NCBI GenBank assembly: GCA_028534125.1
Contig: CM052816.1
Span: 38,442,001 to 38,506,000 of the forward strand
DNA: 64,000 nt
DNA from: Lama glama
Taxonomy: Eukaryota
Direction: 5' to 3'
Of the stretch, positions 13,181 to 27,883 are shown piece after piece; position 1 is the stretch's first letter, and every line of letters begins with the position of its first letter. The position numbers and the translations under genes were made by a program. The notes below the pieces were generated by a model that saw only the letters and a program-made list of their open reading frames with translations, was not told the origin of the DNA and made no database searches.

Positions 13181-16100
13181 ACTGACATTGTTATCCTGTG
13201 TACCAGTCACACAGAATGTCATTCCAATTGTACTCTCTGGAAGAGTTGAGGGCAGTGACAGGAGAGCTGGAGCCCACAGCCCTGAGCTAGCGGGGGTTTT
13301 CACCTATATCTCCAACACTGCATATGAACGAAGGACTTGCCTCATCACTTGCTATTTTCAGGCTTGAGCCTTTCTTGATGACACTGATAAAGTACAAAAC
13401 ACTGAAAGCAGACAAAACAGGCCTTTGATACCAAGCCTATCCCTGTTTAAAAAAACAAAAAAGCCAAAAGCTTTATAAGTGCAGAAGTGCACTTAACTTC
13501 CCACGGTTATCATTTATCTACCAGTCAAATGCTAATCCTCAATAAATGCAGGGAAATTGGAATGGCCTTAGCATAAATTCTCCTCTTTCACAAGACATAA
13601 CTAGCAAAACTTACCAGGTGACTAACTGTGGGTTTTGAAGTAGAATTAGTCAAATTACATTGAAATATAAGGAAATGGAAAGATATTTTTATGATATGTA
13701 TCATCAACAGATTAAAAAGATTAATATTATTATGATCTCAGCTACATAAAAATCTATCCATATTACCTAAAAATACATTTGAATTTCCTCTCGACTCTGT
13801 GTTTTGTTCTTTTCTTAGGTTACCATATTTTTCAGAGAAAATATGAAAACTCAAATTTTCTTTTTTCTCCTTTTAGAACATAAAATATCAAAATCTACCC
13901 AAAGCTTTTGTTCTTATGAAATACAAGTAAACTCATCCTTATAGCTAAAACAAGCGATCTGGCCCTCAAAGATTGTTTTGAAGCACTTGAATGAGTAAAA
14001 GGAATTCCATAAATGTCAAAAAGAAGAAAAATTATTTTGAAAGATTCTAAGGTGTAAATAAATTTTTAGAAACACTCGATTTATGCTAGGATAACTTCTG
14101 CCTTTGGAAAGGTAATTGCAATTTACTGTTGTGATACAACTGAAAATAGTATTTCTCATATTTAATATTTAATGTCATTTTCCATTATTATAAATCAACA
14201 GTTCTTTCTGGAGCAAAATTTATCATATTTGACATCCTCTATCTTTTTTTCCTTCACTTTCTGGCACACATCCACATGTGTAGGGTAATCTAAGCAAATG
14301 TTTACATCAAAATGTATGAAGAGTTAGCCTGTAATGGAAACACTTAAAATATATTTTCAATAGATTTTAAAATTCCAGGCTGGCCTCAATATATTCAGTA
14401 AAATATCAGAAACAAAAAAACTTCAAATCCTTTGATTTGTTCATTCTTGTCCACACATGAAGAAACAGAAAAGAGCTACTCTCAGCCTAGCCCTTAAGGC
14501 CTACATTTGTCCCCTGGTGCTGATGGCGTCATAACCAGGGACTCGGTTATGTTATTCAGTGTGCTACATTTCTGGCCATGCTGCTGCGTTGTCAAATGAG
14601 CTTTAGGTCTGAGGGTAATTTTATATTCAGGTTCAGTCATACAATGCTTTCCTATAGGAATAGGTTCTATCACAGGCGCAAATTATTCAAATCTAATTTA
14701 ACAGACTCAATAATTCTCCTCAGTTTTATCTTGGGCATTTTGTATTCCTTTCCTTACACCTAGTGGCTATGTAACAATTCAATTACCAAAGTTCTTCATC
14801 CAGAAAGTGCAGTTGATTCCTGGTAATTCTTATTCTGTTTGATTTCTTTTTTTTCTCCTAGTTTAACACATGCCAGTTGGTGTTGACTGAGTTAAAAATC
14901 TCGAAATAAGCCTGGCACTGTGTCAGTATGTAGGTTAAGAAATGAAAAAAATTTTTAATAAAATCCACACTAGAAATGGAAAATAAGAGTAGCGGTAACA
15001 TTTCTTGTCACGAGGGCATTTTTTTGTCTATGTACACAAAATAAAACAAGCTCAATGCAGCTGAAGAAAAGAGGAATGAGAGAGATGATATAAATTGAAA
15101 GATGAAAAGGGAGAAGGTGAATGTAAAGAAGCATGTTGAGAGCTCATAGAGTCAGCTGGCAAGAAAAAGCAGCTCCAAGAACCTCAGAGAGTAAAACCTC
15201 AATTAGGGGATCAAGGAGGTAAGAAGGAAGTTTTAGAATAAAATAGCAATAGCATAAGCAACTTCAAGGAAGATTAAAAAAGCAAAATGATAAAAGCATG
15301 CAAGACTCTTTAGAGATTATTAAGAATTTTAGGGAACTACAACAGTGAGAAAATTGGAAGAAAAAAGTCTTTACAGTCTTTCATAAAAGAACATCACCTT
15401 TCAGTATCTGTCTGCCTAAACACTGGAATTAGATTCTTGCTCTTCAAAAACAAGGTATGTCTTCTGATCAGATTTGATTTCATCTTTCCTCCGTTTCTCT
15501 AAATAATCATTCTGTGTTTGATGAAATATGTAAATAAACATATATACCTATCCATAACAATGGGACTCAAAATTCAAAGAGTCAAAGAAAATGGAATTAA
15601 TTTCGGAATTTTATGAAACTTATTGGTAGCCTGAAATAGTCTAGCAATTTAATTTAAAATGAATTCCCATAAATCTTATAAGTATATTGCTTAACTACAA
15701 ATAATAAATTCATTAGAGATCAGCAAGTATCTGGTTAAATTATTCAAGATAAGAAGAAAATTTAGATGAATCAGATAGATACATATTTGGAGAGGGGACC
15801 TGAGCAAACTCCCTTTTCATTCATTGATTAAGTGAATCAGACAATGAGTTTCTACTTAATATTTGGCAAGCGCCTATAGACCCTCTTAAAGTTTCCCTTC
15901 CAAGATCTGCAAGTTAGTTAACAGAAATACATATAACTAACATTTTGGGAACGTGTCTACCCTATTTTGTCCTCTTGTGCTGCATGAAGAGTCTTAATAG
16001 ATAGGCTTTAGAAACAGCACTGTAGACTTAGTTACATGCTCATAGAAAGTCATTAAAGACAACTAACAACTATGCAGCTGTTACAATGAGGAGTGTGCCT

Positions 16101-16209
16101 TCTCGTCCCCATGTTGCAGATGACAGAACATAGGACTAGGAAGTTACCCCACTCTTTGGTCTTTATGTTTAGATTTCAACTAGGTTATATGAAGTATTTC
16201 TACAACAAG

Positions 16210-16700
16210 AAAGAAACTTTATAGAAAATGGTCAAAACATAAGGATAAGCAATTCTTGGGGCAGGGGGTGGATATCTGAGAAGCTGATCAGCACTGTTAA
16301 TAATCAAGAAAATGGAAATTAAAATAATAATGTCATCATTTGTAGAAAAGAGTTACAATTGATTATATCTGATTTGGTGCTGGTGGAGACAAATGGTCAC
16401 TTGTACATTGTTGATAGGGGAGGTACTCTAGCAAGACATATCAAACTCAAAAGTGAGCATGATGGTAAACATTAATTCTATTTCTAGAAACATCTGTTAG
16501 ATATACTTGTGTACTCAGACATATGAAAAAAGAAGCTAATAATCACGATTTAATAGCAAAAATATGGACAAATTGCTCAATAATGAGAGATAAATAAAAT
16601 TATAAAACATTGCTTCTATGGAAAATTCAAAGTAATAGAATAAGATAAATCATATTAAAACAACTCCAAGACACATTTTAAATAAAGAAAAAGTCAAGTT
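16210..16700 (+). mobile_element. Highly decayed old L1M fragment
   Basis: 'taataatcaagaaaatggaaattaaaataataatg' echoes the L1 ORF2 '[10 protein letters not shown]' motif. Confidence 0.5.
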
Positions 16701-19299
16701 AGTAGATAAGGAAATTGCATTGTTACATAGGTGGAAAGAAATAGAATTTGCTGCTGAGAGTGTTAAAGTAGGCCAACATGTTTTAATTCTATAACTTCAG
16801 GGTTTTGAAATAATTTACAAAGTGTTTCTATATTACTCAGTCATGAAAATATATACAAATATGAAATTCTTTATGGGTCCTATATTTCTCTCAAGAACTT
16901 ATCGAACTCAATTTTACATCTAAACTTGTCTGCTTGAATTTTTATACCCTACTTTGTATATGTGTTTAAAAATAGCTCAGCAAAATTAAAAATTCTCAAA
17001 GAAAAAAAAACCCACTATATTGGAAAGAACATATTCAGAATCATAGAACTTTGCACTTACTCTTCATACAATCTTTTATAAAAAGTTCCTTGAAATCTGA
17101 ATCTCAGCTTTCCTTCTTCAGAATGGTAAGTTTCCTGCTTGACTTCTCACCTCTATAATCATATCCATCCTAACTCAACTTCCAGAGCTATTGTCAGATG
17201 CAAAGAAATTCTATAAAATTCACTTTGCAAACAGCACAGTATTTTATACATTGATAGATGCAGATGTAGATATTTAGTTAAGCTGAGACTGTTGGGGGAA
17301 AACACTTAACAACCAACGTTTTTTGATTTTTAATATAACTTACTAAGAAAACTCGAGATTCATCTATTTATACTTAATCTTTTACTTCTCAAAAACAATA
17401 ATATTGTCATCAAAAAAAAGTTTATAAATTGAAAAAACAAAGCCATTGAAATTGTTTCAGAAGTCAACATTGAGGTTCTACCATAATCAAAAAAGGCTCT
17501 GTAAGATTCAGAGGGCCATTTAAAGGTTTTTCTTAGCAAAAGATTCAGTTTGTTAGCAGTTTGTTGTAACTATTGTATGAATATTCAGAGACAAATTGAC
17601 TATAATAAACAGAAACTATATTTCTGTGTTATTTCTAAAAAAAACTATTAGAATCACTCATAAAATTGAATAAATATTTTTGACTTAAAATAGCTTAGGT
17701 AAAAAATCCTATGTTACATAATTAAGATAGAAATATGATAAATAGATAGATGGAGATAGGCTAGATGTATACATGCAATTGAGGAAATATAAAGATGCAA
17801 GTTCACAAAGCACATTAAACTCAACAAAAAAAGTCATTTTATTCATTTCTCTAACATTTACCCATCATTTTTAACATAAAATAACCTAACCAGTAACAAC
17901 TAAGAAGTGACTTCATGGCTGGGAAGTTAATGTACACGAATAGTTTTGATGGTAGAGTATGAAATGTTTACTTTAGAAAGTGACAGCTCACCAAGGAGAA
18001 AAAAAGGGAAAGGGAAGACGACAGTAAGAAAATGATTTAGACTGAAGGTTACAGCAGCTGTGCAAATAAAGAAAATGGTGCAATCAACAGTTCACATCCT
18101 TTTGATGGATCATTGGAAAAGCTCTATGTAAATAGTTTTGATGTTCAAGCTCCTGTAGAAAATAATACAGTAAAAAAAAAATGCAAGCAAGAAGCTATAA
18201 AGCATAAAGGATCTTGCAGTCACTTTTCCTCCAGCAGATACAGGCCACTGATCAGCTGATTTATCTATTAAAAAAACAACTCTCAGGAGTAATGATTCTT
18301 AAAAATGACAGAGAACTGCAACCTTCAGTGGAAAACTTACTAAAGGTTGTTAAGAGCAATATGCTCCGTTGGCTCATGGGCCCTTGGCAAACGACAACTC
18401 GATGGCCCAGACCCGTCTCAATGTTACTCAAATCTCCAAATGGAGAAATTTCTCTCACCTTAAGATTTTTTAATAAAATAAGGTAACAAAAGTTAATGGC
18501 CTGCCAGATGTTCACCACGGGGAGTTTGCTTCACGGAAATTGAAGGAGGAACTTAATTTTGAATTTATGGGAACATTTCCCTTCCATTTTTTCCTTGTTT
18601 GTCCCACGTTGCTTTTTAGCTTTGTTGACCAGTGCCAAAAGTGCCACACGGGGACTCTCTCAGTGCCTATTCATCTCTGCATTAGAACAAGATGTGCTTA
18701 ATTTGCCCTTTATTTTTCTTTCTCGCCAGGGTACAGCTAGAGGTAGCAATAAAATTATTCTGAAATTAACAATTGCTCTGATAATTTTTGATCAGCTCAA
18801 CAGAAAATTAATCAAATGAATCAATGAAAATAGCTTAAAGCACAGTTAGATATTGAAGCTGTAGCATTCAGTGAAACAAGGCACTTTATTTCTCAGCTTT
18901 CATATTTGGGACCTGTGGGTGTGTTTTGTTAAGCATCTTTGAACATGAAATCAAAACACTGCACTTGGGTGGTCTCCAAGATTATATAAAGATGTAACAG
19001 TGGAGGAGTCAGCCTTTTCAAAGTAGTTTAGGGTTAAGGATTTGGGAACCTCTGTGTGTTTGCCTTGGGAAGGGTTTGCTGAAGCAGGAAGGAAAAAGGG
19101 GAAGCAAAGGAGGGAAGCTGAGAATGAAAAAGAATAAAAGCAATTCACTATTCCTCAAGTTATAGAACCATATTTATTAAGAATTGTAGAAGTAAGTTTA
19201 ACATCCATCCTCATGTGGAAGGAAGTCTGCACAAATGCTAGATGCATCCTAGTTCCTACTCTCTTCTTGAGTGGCTCCCAACCTTTGAAGTACAAACAG

Positions 19300-19430
19300 A
19301 AATAATCACCTAAAAACTTGTTCAAAGTGTGGACTCCCAGACCTCATCCCGAGAAAATGTACATTTTGGAAGGCATTTCAGCAGACTTTCCTTCAGAAGG
19401 TTCAGGACCAACATCTTGAAAAACACTGCT
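19300..19430. mobile_element. MER5-like hAT-Charlie DNA transposon relic
   Basis: 'aatcacctaaaaacttgttcaaag...gactcccagacc' and terminal 'cttgaaaaacactgctgtag'. Confidence 0.55.
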
Positions 19431-19440
19431 GTAGATTCTT

Positions 19441-19470
<30 letters not shown>
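19441..19470. repeat. (ACA)10 microsatellite
   Basis: Read directly. Confidence 0.97.
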
Positions 19471-19471
<1 letters not shown>

Positions 19472-19952
19472 AACTAAGATAATTTTACCTAACAATTATG
19501 AATGGCTCTCTTTCCCTTGATATCAAAAAAATCAATTTAGTATTTTAAAATGAATATTATAAGTGTTTTATATAGTTAACTGAAAGATTGAAACCTAATA
19601 AATAGTTGTTGAGTGTACAATTGAAAGAATAAATTTGTAAACAGATTTACCCAACATATGCACTCTAGATACTCAAAATCTCTAATCTGGAACAAGAACC
19701 TTACATAACACTGACTTAACTTTCTTCACAATGAGCAACTTAAAACCAATTCTTGTGTGACCTTAAACCGAAGTAAGCAAAAGAAATATGTTAACAGGCA
19801 GTACATACAAAGTTTTCTCAATTGGGAGATACAAATCTAATCCTCTTGCTCTTGCTCATTGGTGGTGAAAGCAACAAATTGCTCAGACTCACCAGTGAAA
19901 CAAGACAAACAGAATTAAAAACATTTTATTCACCTAAATTTTCCCTTTAAAG

Positions 19953-20265
19953 GCAGTGTTTCCTAAAGTTCAGTTATTTGTATAATATCTTCATAATTTG
20001 GGCCATATTCTTCAAGACATGTACCATGGAAAAGATGTATCACGGAAAAGAAAGCAGGTATTTGCTACAGACACTACCTATTTTATTTCACCCTAGTTCC
20101 AGTTATTTTCTGAAATTTCTGGTTTATTTTGTTAGCTCTATTTCCATACCCCACATTTAAATAAAAAGTCTCAGCTATTAAAGTTAAAAGGTGTTTGTTC
20201 TTCTACCACCTAATATTAATTCATATTCTAGCAGTGGTTTATTCATAGCCTTTTGAGAAACCACG
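19953..20265. mobile_element. hAT-Charlie-like MITE relic
   Basis: Imperfect terminal inverted repeats 'cagtgtttcctaaag' ... 'ttttgagaaaccac'. Confidence 0.45.
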
Positions 20266-21749
20266 CTCAGAGCCCAGTCCCAGCAGCCCTCAGATACTCT
20301 CACTCACCTATGAATGAAGTATTGCTCCAATCTTTACATGTACAGGAAAGTCTTAAAAGGTTTAAAATAATTTAACTGTAAAGAACCAAGCATCTCGTCC
20401 CAATGACCTTTGACAAGGAAATACGGAATTGGTGACTTTAAATGTCTTCGTTCACCTCCTCCACACTTCCAGAATTAAACCTAAATTGAAGCAGAAGGCC
20501 CCAGACCACCTCCAGGATCACTTTCTATGTTATACAGCGGGAAAATCCTTAAATCTACATAATTCAATTTGCCAAGATAACTCAGACTAAAATGAGGCAG
20601 ACATTACTTCTAAATTACTGACATAAACATCTCTATCCATAGATTTGCTGCAGGAGAATAAGCCTTAGTACTACGGGTGACATTTTCTAATTTGTTTAAA
20701 AGTCTACCTTGTATGTGGTTTGTTTTATTGTGTTACATTTTACCCAAGTTATTTCTACTTCATGTCTGATTTGGGGTTTAGAAGAAAACAGATAATTGGC
20801 CTAAGTGCTAGTAAGTATATAATAAGGATATGTATGCTGTTATTTGATACCACCAAGACACAGGAGGAAGGGAAAAAGGATTGCCCTCAACCTTTAGAAT
20901 ATTTCTGAAATCCATCTTTACATTGAAAATAATACCTGGATTAGTAGGCATTTGAGGAGCAAAGCTTAATAGGGCAGCATTTGTGTTTCAAATTATTTTG
21001 TATCTGGTCTCAAAATAATAAATCAAGTTCACTGAGGAAATTGAATAGTATCTGGATATTATTAGTACTTTGCACATGAAATAATACAGATGGTAATTTG
21101 GGAAATGTTTAATTGGTCCATGATCTATTTGAAACTTTCATTTTTATTCACTTAAAATGGTAATTTTTAATCTCTTAAGTGATCAAGCCTTTCCATGTCT
21201 CTTTTCAGAATTACCAACTGTTCTTCTCTATCCACAGTATCCATGAAATAGAGGTATGTGAGTAATGCAGCTTTATAGTCTCACTAAAACTTACCACTGT
21301 TATGTGATTAAACCTCAGTATAAATAACTATATCACGTTAATCATGTATTTCAGTTTTCCACCAAGATGAAAATATACAAATAAACTATGTGACTAACAA
21401 TATTTTACTTTCAGGTTTTGCTATGATTACACATAAAACTATCCCCAATGAGTGTATACAAAGAGATCCATACACATTCTGAGAACAAGTTTACAGGAAG
21501 CCCACAGTTTCCTTGGAGTAAAAAAAGGAACCAAAGTATTAGGTCACCATAATATAGAAATGTATGTGGTAATGACGGAAAGGGCACAAGATTGTCACAG
21601 TAGTGAGGAGAAAACAATTGTCCAATTTATGAGATTTCTTAGGAAGGTAATTTCAAATTTGTAATATTAAATGACTTCTCTTATGACTACCATAAAATGC
21701 TAACAGCAGCTATGAATTAATACAGGTGACTATATATAAAACACTAATC

Positions 21750-21972
21750 CTACAGCAGGTCCTTAGTATATATTTTACACATAATATATTATTTCATCTT
21801 TCTAACAACCCTATGAAGTAAATATTATGATTCCCTCCACTTACAGATAGTGAAGCTAAGGTTTAGAAAAATTAAGTAGTTACCAGAGCCTCCTAGCTAG
21901 TTAACAACAGGGTGAGAACTCAAACTAGATTTGTCTACTTCCAACAACTGAAGTCTTGACCACCAAGCTGTA
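21750..21972 (-). mobile_element. MIR SINE
   Basis: 'aacaaccctatgaagtaaatattatgattccctccacttacagatagtgaagctaaggtttagaaaaattaagtagtt' is an antisense MIR core. Confidence 0.8.
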
Positions 21973-22900
21973 GATCACTCTTTGAGCAAGTCCTTCAGGA
22001 ATTGTGAGGAGAGTATAAAGCAGCCTGCCACAAACCTGACATCGCTTTAAAATTTTGAATTTTATCATTTAAATTCCTATGAATCCTGTCTTGACTCAAA
22101 AACAACAGTAAACGTTTATTTTAATGCTCAAGCTTTGCAAACTCTTCAAAAAAAAAATTGGAGTTACATTTTCACACTTTCCATGAAGACAGTGACATGT
22201 ATCCACTGGCTTTACGTGCCTCTATGACACCTCTATAGTTTGAGAATGTCAGCTAAATGATATATGAGAATTACAAAAACACATACTATGAAAGAAAATA
22301 AAGTTTTCAATAAAGGTGAGGCATTCAAAACAGAGGAAAATAAAAAGTGGAAAATATTTGAAGTCATGAATGAACAAAGTTAGCATAGTAAAGCCTTATC
22401 ATCTGTGACTTTGGCAATCATGTTTTTATTTGTCTATAGAATGGTTATATATAACTGCATAAAAATTTTAACTGCATGCATATATTTCTATATAGAATAG
22501 TTCCAAACCCTGTAAGCAAAATAGTCTACCAGAATTATTACTTCCCCACTTTTCTGGACCATTTAAATGAGTCTAGGAGATACTGTAGGTATAAGGCATC
22601 TATTTAAACCCCATGCTCTCAATATGTGGATAGAAATGTAGAAATACATGTTCTTCAGGATCTTCATAATTTGTGGGTGTGCCAAGTAGTATGTTTGGCT
22701 GAGACTTACTAAAATTGCAAAAAAGAATTTAAGTGTAAGAAATCAAATTTCAAGTCAGAAAGGGTTGGCTTGAAAACTTAAAAAGAAAATCACTTTGCAT
22801 AACATAAAACTTCTAGGAGAATGTGCCTTAGCAGATTACATCACTTCAGCAATATTTCCTGAACAACTAAAAGTGATTCCAGAGAAAAGTTATCTACCTC

Positions 22901-22926
22901 TGTGTGTGTGTGTGTGTGTGTGTGTG
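22901..22926. repeat. (TG)13 microsatellite
   Basis: Read directly. Confidence 0.97.
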
Positions 22927-23319
22927 TACACAAGCGTGCTTAACTAGTGCTTTGGTTTTAATGCGATGAATCAATTTAAAGCAGATTTCTAACTCAGACT
23001 GATCTGGTTCACTATGGAGGTGAATTTTTATTACAATTTTTTTACAAGGTTTAACTTTAAAAAATACATTAAATGCAATTCTTTTGTATCCTCTTGGTCT
23101 AGTCAACTGTAGTGTTGCCCAACACTGTACTTTTCAGTATATAAAACCTATGGTTGGCAATGGATCACTGTGCAAAAAATAGATGCCAGGATAACACAGT
23201 CTGCTGAAGCTGTGGGACATGGATTTGGACCCAAGATTTTTAAAATGCAATCGATTACATAATTCAGGGCATCCAGGAGATAATAATAAACCAGTGACAG
23301 TTAGTACATTCTTTCTCCC

Positions 23320-23790
23320 CAGGCTTGATTTCTCATCTCAGGCTCAAAGTGTTTGGAGTGATCTCTGACGTCTCCCTACTTCAGGTTCCATATTTAATAA
23401 TCAAGTCCTGTAGTTCCACTGTCATGGATCTTTCAAATCAATTTCTTCCTTTCTATTCTCATTGCCACCACCATATTTCAGACTTGCATTATCACAATCT
23501 GTTCTGTCACAATACAGGCTTCACGCTAATCAATCCTGAAAATGCCATCAGGTTAATCTTCATAAAATGCAATTCTGGACATGTCACTCACCTGCTCAGA
23601 ATTTTTCAACAGCTCCTCAATGCCCAGAGAATAAAGTCTATACTTCTTAGTTTAAAACTCAAAGTGCTCCCTGTATTATAACTATTGGTGAATGTTTGGT
23701 TCCTTCCTAGATGGTGGGACCAAGCTTTTCCTTTATGCATACACAGTAACTGGCATAGAAATTTACACATAGAAGCGTGTATTAATTCTT
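23320..23790 (+). mobile_element. L2 LINE fragment
   Basis: 'ttcataaaatgcaattctggacatgtcactcacctgctcagaatttttcaacagctcctcaatgcccagagaataaagtcta' is characteristic of L2. Confidence 0.75.
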
Positions 23791-26659
23791 TTAGATTCTA
23801 TCATGACTCGTGTATCTACTTTTCTCAATTCCAACTAACATTTAATTATCATAGGGTTATGCTCTCTTACTTTTAATTTTCCCTGGACCATCATATTCAT
23901 TACTTCAGAAATTTTTCTATTATACTTTTTCAGAATTAAGTATCAGAGATTAGTTTCTCAAAAGTAGCCTTCACTGTTTTTTTTTATATTATTGATAAGA
24001 AAAAAGAAGAGAAGACATTCTATTACTTATCTGTGGAGCATAAAATCCTTGAGATCAGAGATTGACTCTAATCTGAAGTCCTCCTCAATCTACCTTTACA
24101 TTCTTCTTCAATTTCTCAGCAACCTTACATGAGTCCAACAAATGTGTTCACTAACTTCTGAATGTCCAGCCTTGGAGAAATTAGATAAGAGAAGAAAGTG
24201 TCAAATGATATTTCCAAAGGCCACCTCTGTCAGAACTAATCACTGTATTTTGCTGTGAGTTAGCTTATACTGCTGTATTGACAGCCCACCAATCTGGGGT
24301 TGTTTATCAGTCTCCCTCTCCCTGCACAGAGAATGATTACAGGTGAATTTCCACATGGATAATTTGGAAGGGAGATCACTTATCAGACCACCTGTGCTCA
24401 ATTCAGAACTAAAAATACTATCGGGGCCCCATCAATGTCAAATAGCACTAAGAATAATAATAACTAACCTCTTCCTAGTACCTGTGCTCCTGAGCACACA
24501 CACTTGAATTTTTTTCCAATTACAATTCAAGAACATTTCAGTTCCCTTTATTCAGGACCATTATTCAAGCTCTTCTGGAAATGTTTTATTCAGGTTGCAC
24601 ATCTCTTCTCCACGATCTCTGATTTAGTATTCAGCTCCCTAATAATGAGTAGAAATTGGGGTCTGAAAGAGAAAAACACCATTTTCTTAAATGATGACTG
24701 CTACAGGCACACATTGTCTTAATCTGAAAAGAAATAAAAAGGAAACGCTGAAACAGTTTCCTAAACTGCTAAAATGCTTGGGCTTTGAAAACAAAGAAAA
24801 AAGCAAATTACAATACAACTCAACTACATTTTTTAAACATCCATGATCACATCTTTGACATTATAGCATAAAGACATGAGTAACATCAAAAACTGGTTTG
24901 AAAGGATTTTAGTGGTGTTCTCTAGGCAAATGTAGGCCCTAATGAGACACACATTGTGGGTATAAGTCAAAAAGTAGAAAATACCTTTTCTTTTTGTGGT
25001 GGTGGTGGCTGTGGTTGCTGTTGCCATTGATAATAAAGAAAAAGGCCTGATCTCTCTAGAAAAGCTATGTTGAACCTTTTCCCTGAGCCATAGTTTACTC
25101 TCCTATTCACACCTGAGGACACTGGCACAGCCTCTTAAGCAATGTAATGAGATCTGAAAAAAACAAAAACAAAGAACTTTCCAAAATAAAGCAGCACTGT
25201 TTATCCCCAGCTCAGGGAACTGGGGAAATTCACAGTGAGGCTTCCCTATTTTTAACTGTGGAGGAGGCTGTTTTACTTTGCCTCCTTCATAAACCCGTAT
25301 CTACTTGGCCACTCTTGGGAAAAACAGAACTAAAAACAGCCAGTCCTGGAGCATCTGACTACTTCAAGGACGGAGTGCTTTTAGGGCCCAGCTGAGGCAA
25401 CAGGGAACTCACAGCCGAATGACTGCTTGCTAAGGGAGCACTGAAAGGACAGGATGGACACAGAAGCAATGTGGACAAGGGTCTTGGTGAGGGTATCTGC
25501 CAACCTGACAATGTCTTGTCCTGGAAATTGGGATGCATTTAGAACCACCTTATTTTTAAATGACCACCATGAAAAGAGCTGTTAAATATTAAACAGGTGT
25601 GTGCTATCCATGATTATATTTGGATCTCCCAACTTAGTGGTGTCAGTAGAACTAATGAATGAGACAGATAAAGTGGCATACTTCCTGCATGGATTAAGAT
25701 TCTGTATGAAAGCCAAAATAAAGTGCTGCACACCTGCCACATTTGAGGAAACATAGTTATGATTCCTAAGATGCTTATCTAAACCTTCTGGTCTTAATTC
25801 TCCAATGGATCAGCTGAAAAGATTTCAGGTATTTGTTAAGTTACTGAAAGTGACAAAAGCTTCTGGGGGCAAATATCAGTTCCAAATCTCTTACTCAGGC
25901 TAGCTTCAAAATTACATTTACTGTGACTCCTGAATGTGTGATCTGCTAAGATCACTGACATATGTTAATTACTGTAAAATTAAAAACTAACAGTGACTTA
26001 GAATGAATTAAAAAATGGCTTAAAAAAACTCCAGTTCCAATGTTCTACACTTGAATTAGTTAAATATTAAAATACATACATAAACTGTATTTGGCAGGTG
26101 AAATAAAAACTTGCAAAATATTTTGAAATTTTCCCCCAGAATTTAAGCTATCTTATAAACACTATCTTTTCTTCCTTTTTTTCTTTGATATAAGTTAAGA
26201 CTGTAATTGAGCTTTTTCTGAAAACATCTCAGCTCAGTAATTCAAAAAAATCTTCTGCCCCATTCACAATGTTTTGCTATGCATTATACAGTGTAAAATA
26301 TCTAAGACATTATAAAAATGTATTCTGTGAGTGGAAATCACATATTCAGAAAAACACAAATATAATATATAGTTAATTGCCATAAGAGAGACATAAAATA
26401 ATTGAAGAAATAAAAAAATTTTAATTAAAAATTATGTTTTCAAAATTAAAGGCAATATTGAGACACATCTCAGACAAATGGAAGAATTTCAACAGAGATA
26501 AAAGGTTAGGTCTTCTTGTAGAAAGAGAATATTTTAAGCAATATTAAAACAGGTATAATAAAATTATCTTTCTAGACCGGTTAGGGTCTCAGATTGCCTG
26601 GAACAAAGGGTACATAAAGAGAATGTAGTTCATTAAAATGCAAAGGACAACAATACAAT

Positions 26660-27279
26660 AAAGGAGGTAAGCTCCATGACATTAGTCTTGGCCATATTTT
26701 TTTGGATGTGACTCCAAAGACAATGACAACAAAAGCAAACATAAACATAGAACTACATCAAACTAAAAAGCTTCTGCACAGCAAAGGAAACCATCAACAA
26801 AATAAAAAGGCAACCCATTGAATGGTGGAAGATTTTTGCAAATCATATGTCTGTTAAGGGGTTATACAAAATATATAAAGAACTCATACAACTCAATATA
26901 AAAAAAAAAACTAGATTAAAAAATGGGCAGGGGATTGGAAGAGTTTTTTTTTTTTAAAAAGACGTACAGATGGCCAACAGTCACACGAAAAGATGCCCAA
27001 CATCACTAATCATCAGGGAAATGCAAATCAAAACAACAATGAGATATTACCTCACACCTGTCAGAATTCTATTATCAACAGGACAGGAAACAATAAATGC
27101 TGGCAAGGACGTGGAGAAAGGCAACCTTCACGTGCTGTTGGTAGTAATGTAAATTGGCACAGCCAGTACAGAAAATAGTATGGAGGCTCCTCAAAAATTT
27201 TTAAATAACTACCATATGATCCAGGAATTCCTCTCATGCATATTTATTGGAAGAAAATGAAAACACTTATTTGAAAAGA
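26660..27279 (+). mobile_element. Older LINE-1 ORF2 C-terminal fragment (left half of the interrupted element)
   Basis: 'actacatcaaactaaaaagcttctgcacagcaaaggaaacc' and [19 protein letters not shown]; stops at '...cacttatttgaaaaga' and resumes after 34275. Confidence 0.92.
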
Positions 27280-27883
27280 GAGGAGGGAGAAGCAAGATGA
27301 CGGAGTAGAAGGACGCTCGTAGCTCACCCTCTCCCACAAATGCACCAAAACTCACATCTACGGACCCACTCAGCCAACCAGAGCACCTGCCGAACTCCGA
27401 CAGAACATCACCCTCTTCGAAAGACAAAGACACCAAAAATCTGGTAGGAGAAAAGGAAAAAAGAAAGAAGAAAAAGCAAAACAGTGCAGGACCGGGCCCG
27501 TGGGGAACGAGGGGCAAAGGAGGACTGGCGCTTGCTCGCTGGGTCTCCCCTCTCCAACTGAGAGGCCAGCGGGACAGAGGAGGAGCCTCTGAGGCTCACA
27601 TCTGCCCGGAGCACCTGGGGGCCCTGCAACCTCCTAGTCAGGACTGAGACTTGTTTAAAGCCCGAGGCAGATAGGATCTGTCTGCCCTCGCACCTCAGAG
27701 GCCCCAGTGCGGATTCAGGTCTCGGCACTGCCCCCGCCCGGGGGCTGCACACAGGAGGATATGGCAGCTGTGGCTGCGCCCTGCCTGTCTTCTCGCGAGA
27801 AGCGCCAGTAATGGCGCCGCGGGTCTGAGAAGACAAAGGCTACGGCGCTCCTCCCCCCAGGGCATACATGCAATGCTGCTTTG

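Noticed and set aside
13615..13625. 11-nt minus-strand micro-exon candidate (cag|TTAGTCACCTG|gtaagt); similar short candidates near 21296, 47835 and 52215
   Set aside because: Weak polypyrimidine tracts and no coherent peptide; such matches are expected by chance in 64 kb
21415..21646. Plus-strand exon-like segment (ttttactttcag ... GAAG|gtaatt)
   Set aside because: Stops in all three frames; no other support
23325..23681. 118-aa ORF
   Set aside because: Chance frame within a decayed L2 element
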